A DNA stretch of 64,000 nucleotides, from positions 2,358,001 to 2,422,000 of the forward strand of contig CM075997.1 of the NCBI GenBank assembly GCA_038087875.1, given 5' to 3'. Of this stretch, positions 48,523 to 61,220 are shown one piece after another. Under the pieces are notes generated by a model. The model made no database searches and had not been told where the DNA came from. It saw nothing but the letters and a program-made list of their open reading frames with translations. The translations under genes were made by a program, and so were the position numbers. This DNA is from Malacoraja senta (Eukaryota). Within the stretch, counting starts at the first letter, position 1; the number at the start of each line of letters is the position of its first letter.

Positions 48523-49446
48523 ATGTCAGGCAAGCTGATTCAGTCTGATGCTTGCAGTATGTGGGAGGTCAAGGACACTGCTGGTGCCTCTGGCTGCTAC
48601 AAATGTGACAAGTGCATCCAGGTACAGCTCCTGAAGGACCGTGTTGGGGAACTGGAGAAGCAAGTGGAGGACCTCAGGTTTGTCCGAGAAACGAGCGATT
48701 CCTCGCCAAGTCCTACAGTAATATTGTTACCCCTAAGGTACTGGAAGAGAGAAGGTGGGAGACAGTGAGAAAGGGAGGGAAGCATGGAATGCAAATGTCC
48801 CCGGGTGTTGTACCTCTTGTGAACAGGTTCGCCCACTTAGAAGCTGTCGGGACAGAAGACGTTTTAACACTGAGTGGCAGACTGGCTTACAATGCGAATA
48901 GGGCTGTTGAGCCAAAACCAAAAAGGCAAAGTCAGGCAACGCCATTGTAGTGGGAGACTCCATTGTGAGAGGTACGGACAGGGGTTTCTGCGGCAACAGA
49001 CGGGATGCGAGGATGGTGTGCTGCCTTCCTGGTGCCAGGATCCAGGATGTCACGGACAGAGTGCAGAAAATCCTCAAGGGCGAAGGTGAACAGCCGGAAG
49101 TGGTGTGCATGTCGGCACAAACGATGTCGGAAAGAAGGGGATGAATATTCTGCAGCGTGACTTTAGAGAGCTCGGAAAAATGCTGAAAAGCAGGACCTCC
49201 AGGGTTGTTATCTCCGGTTTGCTTCCAGTTCCTCGTGCTGGCGAGAGCAGGAACAGGGAGATACGGGACCTGAATGTGTGGCTGAGGAACTGGTGCACGG
49301 GGCAGGGATTTAGATTCTTAGATCACTGGGATCTGTTTTGGAGTAAAAGGGAACTGTACAAAAGGGACGGATTGCATCTTAACAGGTGGGGGACCAGCAT
49401 TCTGGCAGGCAGGTTTGCCACTGCTACACGGGTGGTTTTAAACTGA
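48523..49446 (+). pseudogene. CR1 LINE ORF1 (N-terminal Cys-rich zinc finger/coiled coil + SGNH esterase), frameshifted
   Basis: CYKCDKC...LKDRVGELEKQVEDL, then GDSIVRG, HVGTND and DGLHLN esterase motifs spread over different frames. Confidence 0.88.
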
Positions 49447-49671
49447 ATAAGGGGGGGTGGGGTGTCGAATGGGATAGTTGAGGATGGAGTTAAAAGGAAA
49501 GGGTTTCTTAAATGTGTGAGCGTAGAGACAGAGGGGTGTAAAATGAGGGTAGAAGCAATAGGTAGCAAGGTGAAAAGTAAAAGTGGCAGGCAGACAAATC
49601 CAGGGCAAAAATCAAAAAGGGTCACTTTTCAACATAATTGTATAAGGGGTAAGAGTGTTGTAAAAACAAGC

Positions 49672-52470
49672 CTGAAGGCTTTGTGTCTCAATGCAAGGAG
49701 CATTCGTAATAAGGTGGCTGTGCAGATAGCTATTAATGAATATGATATAGTTGGGATCACGGAGACATGACTCCAGGGTAACCAAGGCTGGGAGCTGAAC
49801 ATCCAGGGATATTCAATATTCAGGAGGGATAGACAGAAAGGGAAAGGAGGTGGGGTAACGTTGCTGGTTAGAGAGCAGATTAACGCAATAGAAAGGAAGG
49901 ACATTAGCTTGGAGGATGTGGAATCGATATGGGTAGAGCTGCGAAACACTAAGGGGCAGAAAACGCTAGTGGGAGTTGTGTACAGGCCACCTAGCAGTAG
50001 TAGTGGAGTTGGGGATGGCATCAAACAGGAAATTAGAAATGCGTGCAACAAAGGTAAAACAGTTATAATGGGTGACTTCAATCTACATATAGATTGGGTG
50101 AATCAAATTGGCTGGGGTGCTGAGGAAGAGGATTTCTTGGAATGTATGCGGGATAGTTTTCTAAACCAACATGTAGAGGAACCAACGAGAGAGCAGGCTA
50201 TTCTAGATTGGGTATTGAGTAATGAGGAAGGGTTAGTTAGCAGTCTTGTTGTGCGTGGCCCCTTGGGCAAGAGTGACCATAATATGGTTGAGTTCTTCAT
50301 TAGGATGGAGAGTGACATTGTTAATTCAGAAACAAGGGTCCTGAACTTAAAGAAAAGTAACTTTGAGGGTATGAGAAGTGAATTGGCCAAGATAGACTGG
50401 CAATTGATTCTTAACGGGTTGACGGTAGATATGCAATGGAAGGCATTTAAAGACTGCATGGATGAACTACAACAATTGTTCATCCCAGTTTGGCAGAAAA
50501 ATAAATCAGGGAAGGTAGTGCATCCATGGATAACAAGGGAAATCAGGGATAGTATCAAAACAAAAGATGAAGCGTACAAATTAGCCAGAAAAAGCAGCCT
50601 ACCAGAGGACTGGGAGAAATTCGGAGTCCAGCAGAGGAGGACAAAGGGCTTAATTAGGAAAGGGAAAATAGATTATGAAAGAAAACTGGCAGGGAACATA
50701 AAAACTGACTGCAAAAGCTTTTATAGATATGTGAAGAGAAAAAGATTAGTTAAAACAAATGTAGGTCCCTTGCAGTCAGAAACAGGTGAATTGATCATGG
50801 GGAACAAGGACATGGCAGACCAATTGAATAACTACTTTGGTTCTGTCTTCACTAAGGAAGACATAAATAATCTGCCGGAAATAGCAGGGGACTGGGGGTC
50901 AAATGAGATGGAGGAACTGAGTGAAATCCAGGTTAGCCGGGAAGTGGTGTTAGGTAAATTGAATGGATTAAAGGCCGATAAATCCCCAGGGCCAGATAGG
51001 CTGCATCCCAGAGTACTTAAGGAAGTAGCCCCAGAAATAGTGGATGCATTAGTGATAATTTTTCAAAACTCTTTAGATTCTGGAGTAGTTCCTGAGGATT
51101 GGAGGGTAGCAAACGTAACCCCACTTTTTAAAAAGGGAGGGAGAGAGAAAACGGGGAATTACAGACCAGTTGGTCTAACGTCGGTAGTGGGGAAACTGCT
51201 AGAATCAGTTATTAAAGATGGGATAGCAGCACATTTGGAAAGTGGTGAAATCATTGGACAAAGTCAGCATGGATTTATGAAAGGTAAATCATGTCTGACG
51301 AATCTTATAGAATTTTTCGAGGATGTAACTAGTAGAGTGGATAAGGGAGAATCAGTGGATGTGTTGTATCTGGACTTTCAGAAGGCTTTCGACAAGGTCC
51401 CACATAAGAGATTAGTATACAAACTTAAAGCACACGGTATTGGGGGTTCAGTATTGATGTGGATAGAGAACTGGCTGGCAGACAGGAAGCAAAGAGTAGG
51501 AGTAAACGGGTCCTTTTCACAATGGCAGGCAGTGACTAGTGGGGTACCGCAAGGCTCAGTGCTGGAACCCCAGCTATTTATGATATATATTAATGATTTG
51601 GACGAGGGAATTGAATGCAACATCTCCAAGTTTGCGGATGACACGAAGCTGGGGGGCAGTGTTAGCTGTGAGGAGGATGCTCGGAGGCTGCAAGGTGACT
51701 TGGATAGGCTGGGTGAGTGGGCAAATGCATGGCAGATGCAGTATAATGTGGATAAATGTGAGGTTATCCACTTTGGTGGCAAAAACAGGAAAGTAGACTA
51801 TTATCTGAATGGTGGCCGATTAGGAAAAGGGGAGATGCAACGAGACCTGGGTGTCATGGTACACCAGTCATTAAAAGTAGGCATGCAGGTGGAGCAGGCA
51901 GTGAAGAAGGCGAATGGTATGTTAGCATTCACAGTAAAAGGATTTGAGTATAGGAGCAGGGAGGTTCTACTGCAGTTGTACAGGGTCTTGGTGAGACCAC
52001 ACCTGGAGTATTGCGTACAGTTTTGGTCTCCTAATCTGAGGAAAGACATTCTTGCCATAGAGGGAGTATAGAGAAGGTTCGCCAGACTGATTCCTGGGAT
52101 GTCAGGACTTTCATATGAAGAAAGACTGGATAGACTCGGCTTGTACTCGCTAGAATTTAGAAGATTGAGGGGGGATCTTATAGAAACTTACAACATTCTT
52201 ATGGGGTTGGACAGGCTAGATGCAGGAAGATTGTTCCCGATGTTGGGGAAGTCCAGAACAAGGGGTCACAGTTTAAGGATAAGGGGGAAATCTTTTAGGA
52301 CCGAGATGAGGAAAACATTTTTCACACAGAGAGTGGTGAATCTCTGGAATTCTCTGCCACAGAAGGTAGTTGAGGCCAGTTCATTGGCTATATTTAAGAG
52401 AGAGTTAGATGTGGCCCTTGTGGCTAAAGGGATCAGGGGGTATGGAGAGAAAGCAGGTACGGGATACTGA
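49672..52470 (+). pseudogene. CR1 LINE ORF2 (APE endonuclease + reverse transcriptase) with in-frame stops at 49768 and 52069
   Basis: CLNARSI, GITET, YRPP, GDFN, SDH endonuclease motifs; KSPGPD, YRPV, LDFQKAFD, GVPQGS, FADD RT motifs; 736-aa open stretch 49861-52071. Confidence 0.95.
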
Positions 52471-55400
52471 GTTGGATGATCAGCCATGATCATATTGAAT
52501 GGCGGTGCAGGCTCGAAGGGCCGAATGGCCTACTCCTGCACCTATTTTCTATGTTCTATGTTTCTATGAAATCTTCACGCATCACCGACCTGTCGCGTAA
52601 ATGACGGCCAAGTGGGACACCCTGGCGTGGCGCAACGTCTCACCTCCAACAGCAGCAGAAGCAGGCAAATGATCGCCGAGCTCGACCTGGGGCTCACGGC
52701 CGTTGCGGATCCGGATCCGCCCCCACTCCTACTCCCAGAGCAGGGCCAAGGCTGAAGAAGAGTCTCGACCCGAAACATCATCCATTCCTTCTCTCCAGAG
52801 ATGCTGCCAGTCCCGCTGAGTTACCCCTGCATTTTGTGTCTATCTTCAAATGACGTCACGCGCTCCAGACGGCCGTGCGGACGCATGAAGACGTGCGCGA
52901 CTGTCGTGCGTCAGTCACTACCGGCCTGTCGCGTAAATGACGGCCAAGTGGGACAGGCCCTTTAGAGACACACACACACAGACAGGCACACACATACAGA
53001 CACGCACACAGACACACAGAGACACACACACAATCACAAACACACAGACACATATAGAGACACAGACACACACTTAGAGACACAGATAGGCACACTCATA
53101 CAGATACACAGGTGCACACGCATAGACACAGAGATCGACACACACAGGCACACAGACGCACACACACACATACAAACGCACACACACAGTCATACAAGCA
53201 CACACACACACACACAAAATGGTACAAGAGAAGCAGGAAGAATGGGTTGAAGGACAGACGTCTTGGAACCCAAAAGAGGCTAGACAATGAAGGTGGAGGG
53301 GAGCAGAGGTTGTGGATTGGGTGGGGAAGGAGTGTTCGGTCGAATTGGGGTTAGAATGGGAGCAAAATGTTGTTTCTATCCATCAAATCCAATTGATTTC
53401 TGTTTCATAGTTCAATTAACCACTTCAACAGGAACAGTTTGGGCCTGACGATTCTCTGGTATTTTCAATATGTTAATTGTTTATTCAGTTCGATGTCCAC
53501 AGACACAGTTTATAAGTGAACCTTCATTTTATTCAAGTGAAAGCTTCCTCAGTCATTTCAGTGGTACCCCATATCCTTTTCCATAGGAGCCCCAAGTTGA
53601 ATTCCCTCAAATCAGAGGCGCGGCTGGTAGAGTTCCTGCTTCACAACTCCAGCACCAGGATTTAATCCGAACTTCCAGTACTGTCTGTGTGGAGTTTGCG
53701 CGTTCTTCTTGTGACCACGTGGGTTTCTTCCAGGTGCTCTGGTTTTGGCTCGACAGGTAAATTGCCCTTAGTGTGTAGGTGAGTGGTAGAATGGGAATAG
53801 GAGCAGATTAAAATGGGTTTAGTGTAAATAGGTGACTTTAGACTTTAGAGATACAGCGCGGAATCTGGCCCTTTGGCCCACTGAGTTCGTGCCGACCAAC
53901 GATTACCCCTGTACACTAACACTATCCTGCACATTAGTGACAATTTACAATCTTAGTTTTCGAAATACAGCGCGTAAACAGGCCCTTCGGCCCACCGAGT
54001 GCGCGCTGACCAGTGATCCCCGCACAATGACCCTAACCTATACACACTAGGGACAATTTACATTTACGCCAGGCCAATGAACGTACAAACCTGTACGTAT
54101 TTGGAGTGTGGGAGGAGACACAGGAAAACCCACGCAGTCACATAGAGAACGCACAAACTCCACACAGACAGCACCTGTAGTCAGGATCGAACCAGGGTAT
54201 CTGGCGCTGTGAGGCGACAACTCTACCGCTGCGCCACCATGCCCTTTAGGAAGTTGATATCCAGGCAAGCTTGGTGGGCTGAAAGACATGCTTCTGTGCT
54301 GTACGATTCTATAACTGATGAACACCATTTTAAATACTTACATGTATTCAGGTCCTGACAGGCATCTCAAGGTTTAACAATAACCATTCCCCCACTGCCA
54401 CTGCATTGTCACGGTTTATGTGTTTGCTTGACAGTTAACTGACAAAGTCGACCTTGCTTTGGTGAATCACATTCATTCAAGGTCGCTGGAGAATGAGACT
54501 CCAATTTTTCATTGTCAGCCTCGCTCTTTTGATTTGCTGCTGTTTTTTTCGAGATCAGTTTATTTCATTTGGTTGCAGCTTCATCAGTTTATCGCCTTTA
54601 TAACAGGAGGAGACTGTAACCCCCCTCCCAAATCTAACGATGTCTGGGCAATGTGATCGTTCTTAAACACCGAGACCGACGTGTGGTAATATTAGCAGCG
54701 ATGGTGTTGCTGGCACGTTAAAAGTGTTGGTGGAAACTGCACCTCTTTCATCATTCAAATCTGCATCGCAATCAACAGATGCCAATTCATAGGTGCCAAA
54801 GGATTCAATGGACGAGGTGTCCAAATTAATGAAGCCGTTCAAGAAAACATATCCCGAGCAAAACAGATGGGGAGGAACGCAAAATGGTGATAATTCCCTG
54901 CACAAACAAAGCACAAGAGACCATATTGTGTGCACTAGGAATCGTACACACGCAACTGGAAGAAGTGAGTCATTGTTTACATGCACGGTGGCACAGCAGT
55001 AGAGTTGATGCCTCACAGCGCCAGAGACCCGGGTTCGATCCTGACCGAGGGTGCTGTCTGGACGGAGTTTGCACGTTCTCCCCGTGACCTGCGTGGGTTT
55101 TCTCCGGGATCTCCGGTTTCATCCCACACTCCAAAGTCATACAGGTTTATAGATAGGCTAATTGGCCTGGTAGGATTGTCAATTGTCCCCAGTGTGTGTA
55201 CGGTATCGTGGGCCGAAGGGCCCTTTTCTGCACTGTATCTCCAAACTAAACTAAATTTGTGATTGGACGTTTCGATGGGTGGAGGTTGAATGGGCAGGAT
55301 TTGTATCTCGAGTGGCGTCAGAGACCCGGGTTCGATCCCGACTATGGGTGCTGTCTGTATGGAGTTTGTACCTTCTCCCCGTTGACCGTGTGGGTTTTCT

Positions 55401-56090
55401 CTGAGATAGAAACATAGACACATAGAAAATAGGTGCAGGAGGAGGCCATTCGGTCCTTCGAGCCAGCACCAACATTCATTGTGATCATGTCTGATCGTCC
55501 CCAATCAATAACCCGTGCCTGCCTTCTCCCCATAACCCTTGATTCCACTAGCCCCTAATAAAGTTCTACTTTATTGTATCGTATCGCAGAAACAGGCCCT
55601 TCAGCCCACACCGACCAGCCTTCACCGCACACTAACACTATCCGACACACACTAGGGACAATTTACAATTTTTTTTACCGAAGCCAAATAACCTACAAAC
55701 CTGTTAAAGAAGGAACTGCAGATGCTGGAAAATCGAAGGTACACAAAAATGCTGGGGAAACTCAGCGGGTGCAGCAGCATCTATGGAGCGAAGGAAATAG
55801 GAAACGTTTCGGGCCGAAACCCTTCTTCAGACACCTACACCTACAAACCTGTATGTTTTGTGTGGGAGGACACCGGAGGTCCTGGAGAAAACCCACGCAG
55901 GTCACGGGGAGAACGTACAGACAAGCAGCCGTAGTCAGGATCGAACCCGGGGCTCTGGCGCTGTGAGGCATCAACTCTACCGCTGCGCCATCGTAACCTT
56001 GTTTCCCATTCTCCAGTCAGCTTCGGTTTCCTCCAAAGATGTACAGGTTTATAGGTTTATTGGCTTGGTATAAGTGCAAATTGTCCCTAC

Positions 56091-56670
56091 AGAGCCCTAG
56101 TGAGACCACACATGGAGTATTGTGTGCGGTTTTGGTCCCCTAATTTGAGGAAGGACATTCTTGCTATTGCGGGAGTGCAGCGTAGGTTCACAAGGTTAAT
56201 TCCTGGGATGGCGGGACTGTCATATGCTGAGAGAATGGAGCAGCTGGGCTTGTACACTCTGGAGTTTAGAAGGATGAGAGGGAATCTCATTGAAACATAT
56301 AAGATTGTTAAGGGCTTGGACACGCTAGAGGCAGGAAACATGTTCCCGATGTTGGGGGAGTCCAGAACCAGGGGCCACAGTTTAAGAATAAGCAGTAAGC
56401 CATTTAGAACGGAGACGAGGAAACACTTTTTCTCACAGAGAGTGGTGAGTCTGTGGAATTCTCTGCCTCAGAGGGCAGTGGAGGCAGGTTCTCTGGATGC
56501 TTTCAAGAGAGAGCTAGATAGGGCTCTTAAAAATAGCGGAGTCAGGGGATATTGGGAGGAGGCAGGAACGGGGTACTGATTGGGGATGATCAGCCATGAT
56601 CACATTGAATGCCGGTGCTGGCTCGAAGGGCCAAATGGCCTGCTCCTGCACCTATTGTCTATTGTCTATT
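56091..56670 (+). mobile_element. CR1/HER1 LINE 3' fragment
   Basis: ORF 56100-56579 RPHMEYCVRFWSP...GTGY and tail. Confidence 0.9.
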
Positions 56671-57120
56671 GTGTGTGTTGGATAGTGTTAATGTGCTGGT
56701 CGGCATGGACTCGGTGGGCAGAAGGGGCTGTTTCCGCACTGTATCTCAAAACTAAACTAAACTTTGTCCCTCTCACCTTAAAGCTTTGCCCTCTAGTCTT
56801 TACCATTTCCACCTTGGGAGAAAGGTTCTGACTGTCCATCAGGACAAAGCATCACGACACATCAGGTAGCACCACTTAAATCCAGACATGAGAAATAGTT
56901 GGACATATTCTAATACGAAGACCTAGAAACAGACACTTGACATAAAGAAGACAAAGGTCGAAGGTTGTTCTAGAAATTTTAATGCATTTCTTTTTATTTT
57001 CTGATTCATAGCAGTGCATTGCCAGAAGTGATAGTTTAGGTTGTATATTGGACTTAGGTGAAGACAAGAGTGATATAGCCATTGGTCACACATTTAGAAT
57101 TTCTGTGCATTGAACAGAAG

Positions 57121-57222
57121 TTACATGTTAAACACTAACATGCAGCAAACAAAGCAGATCGTAGATCCACTGACAGTGACTCTCAGACAAGGCCAAAAGG
57201 AAGGAAAGCACTTTATCAACCT
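57121..57222 (+). CDS. Candidate exon upstream of 57371, YMLNTNMQQTKQIVDPLTVTLRQGQKEGKHFIN(L)
   Basis: Open frame; donor CT|gtgaga is phase-compatible with 57371; tandem acceptor cagaag (57115-57120) has a weak pyrimidine tract. Confidence 0.3.
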
Positions 57223-57370
57223 GTGAGAAGAGGAAAAAAGTGGAAACATGAATTGAAAGGGGAATGAAAGTGTTGGGAGTCAGTATTACAAATGGCAAGA
57301 GTTCTATTTTCTGAAATACCCAAGGAAGATTTGAATAAAACTGTCTCCGATTTCTTTTCACCAATTGCAG

Positions 57371-57486
57371 TGATTTGGGTGACAAATTCTCCAAGGAGAT
57401 CTTCAGAACCTGCATGGACTTGGTGTATCTGCTCCAGAACCTCACTGCTGAACTGGACAACACAGGGAGCTTCAGGGTCCAGCTCT
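57371..57486 (+). CDS. Candidate internal exon of an unidentified gene, DLGDKFSKEIFRTCMDLVYLLQNLTAELDNTGSFRVQL
   Basis: Non-repetitive; acceptor gatttcttttcaccaattgcag; donor T|gtaaat; 29 of 38 codons end in G/C against about 50% GC overall. Confidence 0.45.
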
Positions 57487-57699
57487 GTAAATGATAAGGG
57501 GATCACTCCACACCTCCACTGAACCAGGGGGCATCTGACATATCTATTTGGGGCAAGTGTGCCCTCTGTCTCTCTCAGTGCTAGTGTTACCCATCTCGCA
57601 ATGTCCAGAGGTCATCTGTGCGGTGCTTTCCAGTACAGGTCACTCAAAGCCCACCCACCCACCCACACACCCACACACTGAAATATTCTCACCTGCACA

Positions 57700-58140
57700 C
57701 AACCTCCTTAAAACACACTCTCCTGTACACTACCCACTTAAACACCACCACTTGCACTTATTCACTGAATCACACTACCCACTGAAACAGACTTGCTCAC
57801 TAACCCATTGGAACACACTAGTACGTTAACCACAAACACACCTGATCACTACACTTCATGCACTCCTGCACGCTATTTACTTCAACACACTTGCACACTA
57901 CCCACTTAAACATCCCTAATCACTGCTCCTTAAACACACCCACTCACTACTCACACGCATGCACACTACCCACAAACATACCTGTTTAATACTCCTTAAA
58001 CACACCTGCTCACTCCTCACTTAAACACCCCCCGTCACTACTCCTTATGCGCGCACTGCACACTTAAACACACCTGCTCACGACTCCTTACACACACCTG
58101 CTCGCTACTCCTTAAACAAACCTGCACACTACTCCTTAAG
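57700..58140. repeat. Degenerate tandem repeat, about 24-bp unit cttaaacacacctgctcactactc
   Basis: Repeated cttaaacac..ctgc.cactac motifs. Confidence 0.7.
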
Positions 58141-58234
58141 CAGACCTTTAGACATATGGCCCGACCCACTATGACCATAACAGAATGGTATTCCCCCATA
58201 TTGACCATGGGAGCATGACCATTAAAGGATGCTA

Positions 58235-58377
58235 CACCCACACTGACCATTGCAGAGATCTACTCACCCACACTGACCATTGCAGAGATCTACTCACCCA
58301 CACTGACCATTGCAGAGATCTACTCACCCACACTGACCATTGCAGAGATCTACTCACCCACACTGACCATTGCAGAG
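58235..58377. repeat. Perfect 30-bp minisatellite (cactgaccattgcagagatctactcaccca) x4.7
   Basis: Four exact copies plus partial copies. Confidence 0.97.
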
Positions 58378-59268
58378 CAGCATTCACGTAGGACTAGCAA
58401 AGTCAAACAACTTCCTTGGGTGAACTGCAGTGAGATGTGGATAGAGGTGCTCATCTAAACAGTCCTTTCACCTCAGGGACCACTGACAAAGACTATGGTT
58501 GCATTCCGTTTAGCAACCATTTGCTTGCAGCAGACCTACAGAGAGATGTGTAGCTTCCACTTCAGCAGAGAGGACGTGGAGCGGAGACACGAGAGGTGTG
58601 TGCATTCAGGCGAGCGGAACCACCGACGCCCCTCTTTCCTGCTCTCACGGCCATTGGTAATAGTGGACATTTCCGACCTATTTTTTTAAGCTTCTACTGA
58701 CTAATAAATCCCAGCTCACCTGTGCAATGCGGCGAGCCAGAACTTGGGATTCATTAAAGCAATTCACATGGTTAAATCATTGTGTTTAAAAAGTATCATC
58801 CGGAGAGACCTGTATATACACACACACACACATACACACACACAATAAAAAAATAAAATGGCATATTTGTAAAAGTAACAATTTAACTTTTAAATATACG
58901 GCAACGTGTTAGGTATTTTTAAAATACTTTTGTCTTTCAATGTAAATGCATGGTGTTATGAAGTGTCTTGGAATTGGTTGGTGGGGGGGGGGGGGTGGTG
59001 GGGGGTGAGGGGGGGAGGGTTAATGTTGGCTGGGATAGATTTTTAACTGCTTTAAGATGAAGCCAATTTTGGCTTCTAGCTATCTGGTGAAGTAAGAGGA
59101 ACTGAATCAGGATGAATTTCCCAGTGGCTCTTTGCTCACAAAGTGCATCTTTGAGATGCCCCCGTGCCGACATCGACTTCCCAGCGGAGAAATAACCCTT
59201 TCTCTGCTGGCCTTCTCTGGGATGGGATTGAAATGAAATGGTAGTCCATCATTCAGGGGCCCGATCAA

Positions 59269-59870
59269 ACAGGAGAGAGTGAGCCACAACAGGTGGTGGG
59301 GAAAAGAGAACCAACTATTAGAAACAAAATGGAGAGAGAATCATTGGGGGGGGGGGGGGGGGTGGTGGATTCTATGAGCAAGCTGGGTTAGCTTCAAGGG
59401 CTCAGTGTAACCCGTCAGGGCTACAGCTCACGACTGAGTGAGGGCGGGCAGTGAAGGAGGTCGCTTGGCTCTGGGTTTGCGGGCAGCAGAGAGGATACGA
59501 GGGGCGCAAACACCAACATGCACCGTCTACAAATGCACGGTGTCCGCTGGCGGGGGGAGGTAGAGCGGACCCCCAAGCTTGGGCTGAGGGGAGGAGGGGG
59601 AAACGGCAACAAGCCGTCTGCTCAGAACAACGTCACCGGCGACAGTAGGGGGGGCGGGAGGAACAAGTAAAGCCAGTTACACGCTCACACCGGTCGCATG
59701 CAGATCCCAGGCCAGGCCCGGCCGGGCGGTCCTGTGTGAGTGGGCCGGGGCTCAGGACCTGATGGGTTTACAGAGCGGACTTCCATCCCTGCACAAACCG
59801 CCAGGTGACCACAGTCAGCAACAACAAGCCCACCACCCAACAAGCACTGAAAGAGGCAGCATCCCTCTCC
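59269..59870 (-). repeat. Inverted duplicated block, copy 2 (partner 28671-29218)
   Basis: Reverse complement of 28671-29218 with about 48 extra nt near 59601-59648. Confidence 0.92.
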
Positions 59871-60818
59871 GCTGAATAAAAAGACCACAAATAGAAAGGA
59901 TATTTAAGAAGGAACTGCAGATGCTGGAAAATCAAAGGTAGACAAAAATGCTGGAGAAACTCAGCGGGTGAGGCAGCATCTATGGAGCGAAGGAAATAGG
60001 CGACGTTTCGGGTCGAGACCCGTCAATATAAAGGAGCTACTCCATACAGAGTGTGAGTCAGCCATTGATTTTCGGCTCTCCCAGTCCACATGTGTTATTG
60101 CAGCCTTTTGCCACGATTAAAATCTTTTCTGCCTTGGAGATTCACGCGAACAAGGAATCTCATTGCACTCTGGAGTGGCGACAATACACTAATCTGATCT
60201 GGTCAAAAACAAATCTCAAACATATTGAATTAGACAGATTCCTGAAAGGGCTGGTATAGTCAGGCAAGTCTACAGCACAGAAACAGTACGTTTGAGACTG
60301 GCTAGGGATGATGTTAAGAGCTACCTTCTGCCCACCATGTCCTATCATACCCTCTCACCCATCTCCCTTGAATCACACATTCCTTTTAATTTACTTTATC
60401 AATCCCTTCAACCACTCCAAGTTCCACATTCTCTCGACTTTTGTGTAAAATAAAATTCTCATTTATTTTATCTCTGATTTTAGCTTTGCGGCCCTTATAT
60501 ATTTTTATTGTCCCTGGTCAGTGGAACAAAGAGAAACCATCGGGAGAAACATCGTGCTGGAGTAACTCGGCGGGCCAGGCAGCATCTCTGGAGAAAATGG
60601 GTAGGTGACGTTTCGGGTCGGGAAACGGCCACTTGTCAGTCTGATGAAAGGTCCCGACCTGAAACGTCACCCATCCTTTTTCTCCAGAGATGCTGCCTGT
60701 CCCGCTGAGTTACTCCAGCATTATGGTGTCTATCTTTGGTATAAACCAGCATCTGCAGTTCCTTGCCATCAGTTGATTCCAGCTCCCTAGACAAGCTTCT
60801 GGCTGAGCTGTTACCTAA

Positions 60819-61220
60819 AGGGCCTGTCCCACTTACGCGACCTTTACAGGCGACTGCCAGCACCTGTGATAGGTCGCCAAAATTCTCAACATGTTGAAAA
60901 TTCAGCGTCGTCCAGAAAGACGCTACGAATCGTTGGAGACCTCTCACGACCATAGGAGACCTCTCACGACAATACAGGCTGTATGGTCATGAGAGGTCTC
61001 CTGTGGTCTAGAGAGATCACCCGCAACATGTCGCCAGGGGTTGCCTGTATGGTTGTGAGAGGTCTCCTGTGGTCGTGAGAGGTCCCCAAAGAGTCGTAGC
61101 GTCTTTCTGGTCGCCGCTGAATTTTCAACATGTTGAAACTTTTGGCGACCTATCACGGGTGGCGGCAGTCGCCTGTAAAGGTCGCGTAAGTGGGACAGAC
61201 CCTTAAGTGGGACAGGCCCT
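60819..61220. mobile_element. Foldback Harbinger-type MITE with about 160-bp inverted arms and a duplicated right terminus
   Basis: 60819-60979 is an imperfect reverse complement of 61043-61203; TAA flanks; extra gtgggacaggccct extends to 61220. Confidence 0.8.

Larger units (their letters stand above)
48200..52568 (+). mobile_element. Near full-length CR1-clade (HER1-like) LINE, mildly decayed
   Basis: 5'UTR, ORF1, ORF2, 3'UTR and (CTATGTTT)-type tail ending about 52568; 5' boundary approximate. Confidence 0.93.
48055..52961. mobile_element. PIF/Harbinger-type MITE interrupted by the full-length CR1 LINE
   Basis: TTA-AGGGCCTGTCCACTTGGCCGTCATTT ... AAATGACGGCCAAGTGGGACAGGCCCT-TTA. Confidence 0.8.

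Noticed and set aside
57371..57486. Assigning the candidate exon to a calpain/penta-EF-hand protein (F..C...LD..TG spacing) or the upstream exon to syncollin (LTV..RQG)
   Set aside because: Too few identities, and the exon boundaries do not match those families as I recall them; left unidentified.
57216..57506. Minus-strand 96-aa ORF (ELDPEAPCVVQ...) as a gene
   Set aside because: It is the in-register antisense shadow of the plus-strand candidate exon; the codon bias favours plus.
58235..58377. 30-bp and 32-33-bp arrays (also 29217-29382) as CRISPR-like repeats
   Set aside because: Head-to-tail units without unique spacers, no cas genes, and a eukaryotic context.
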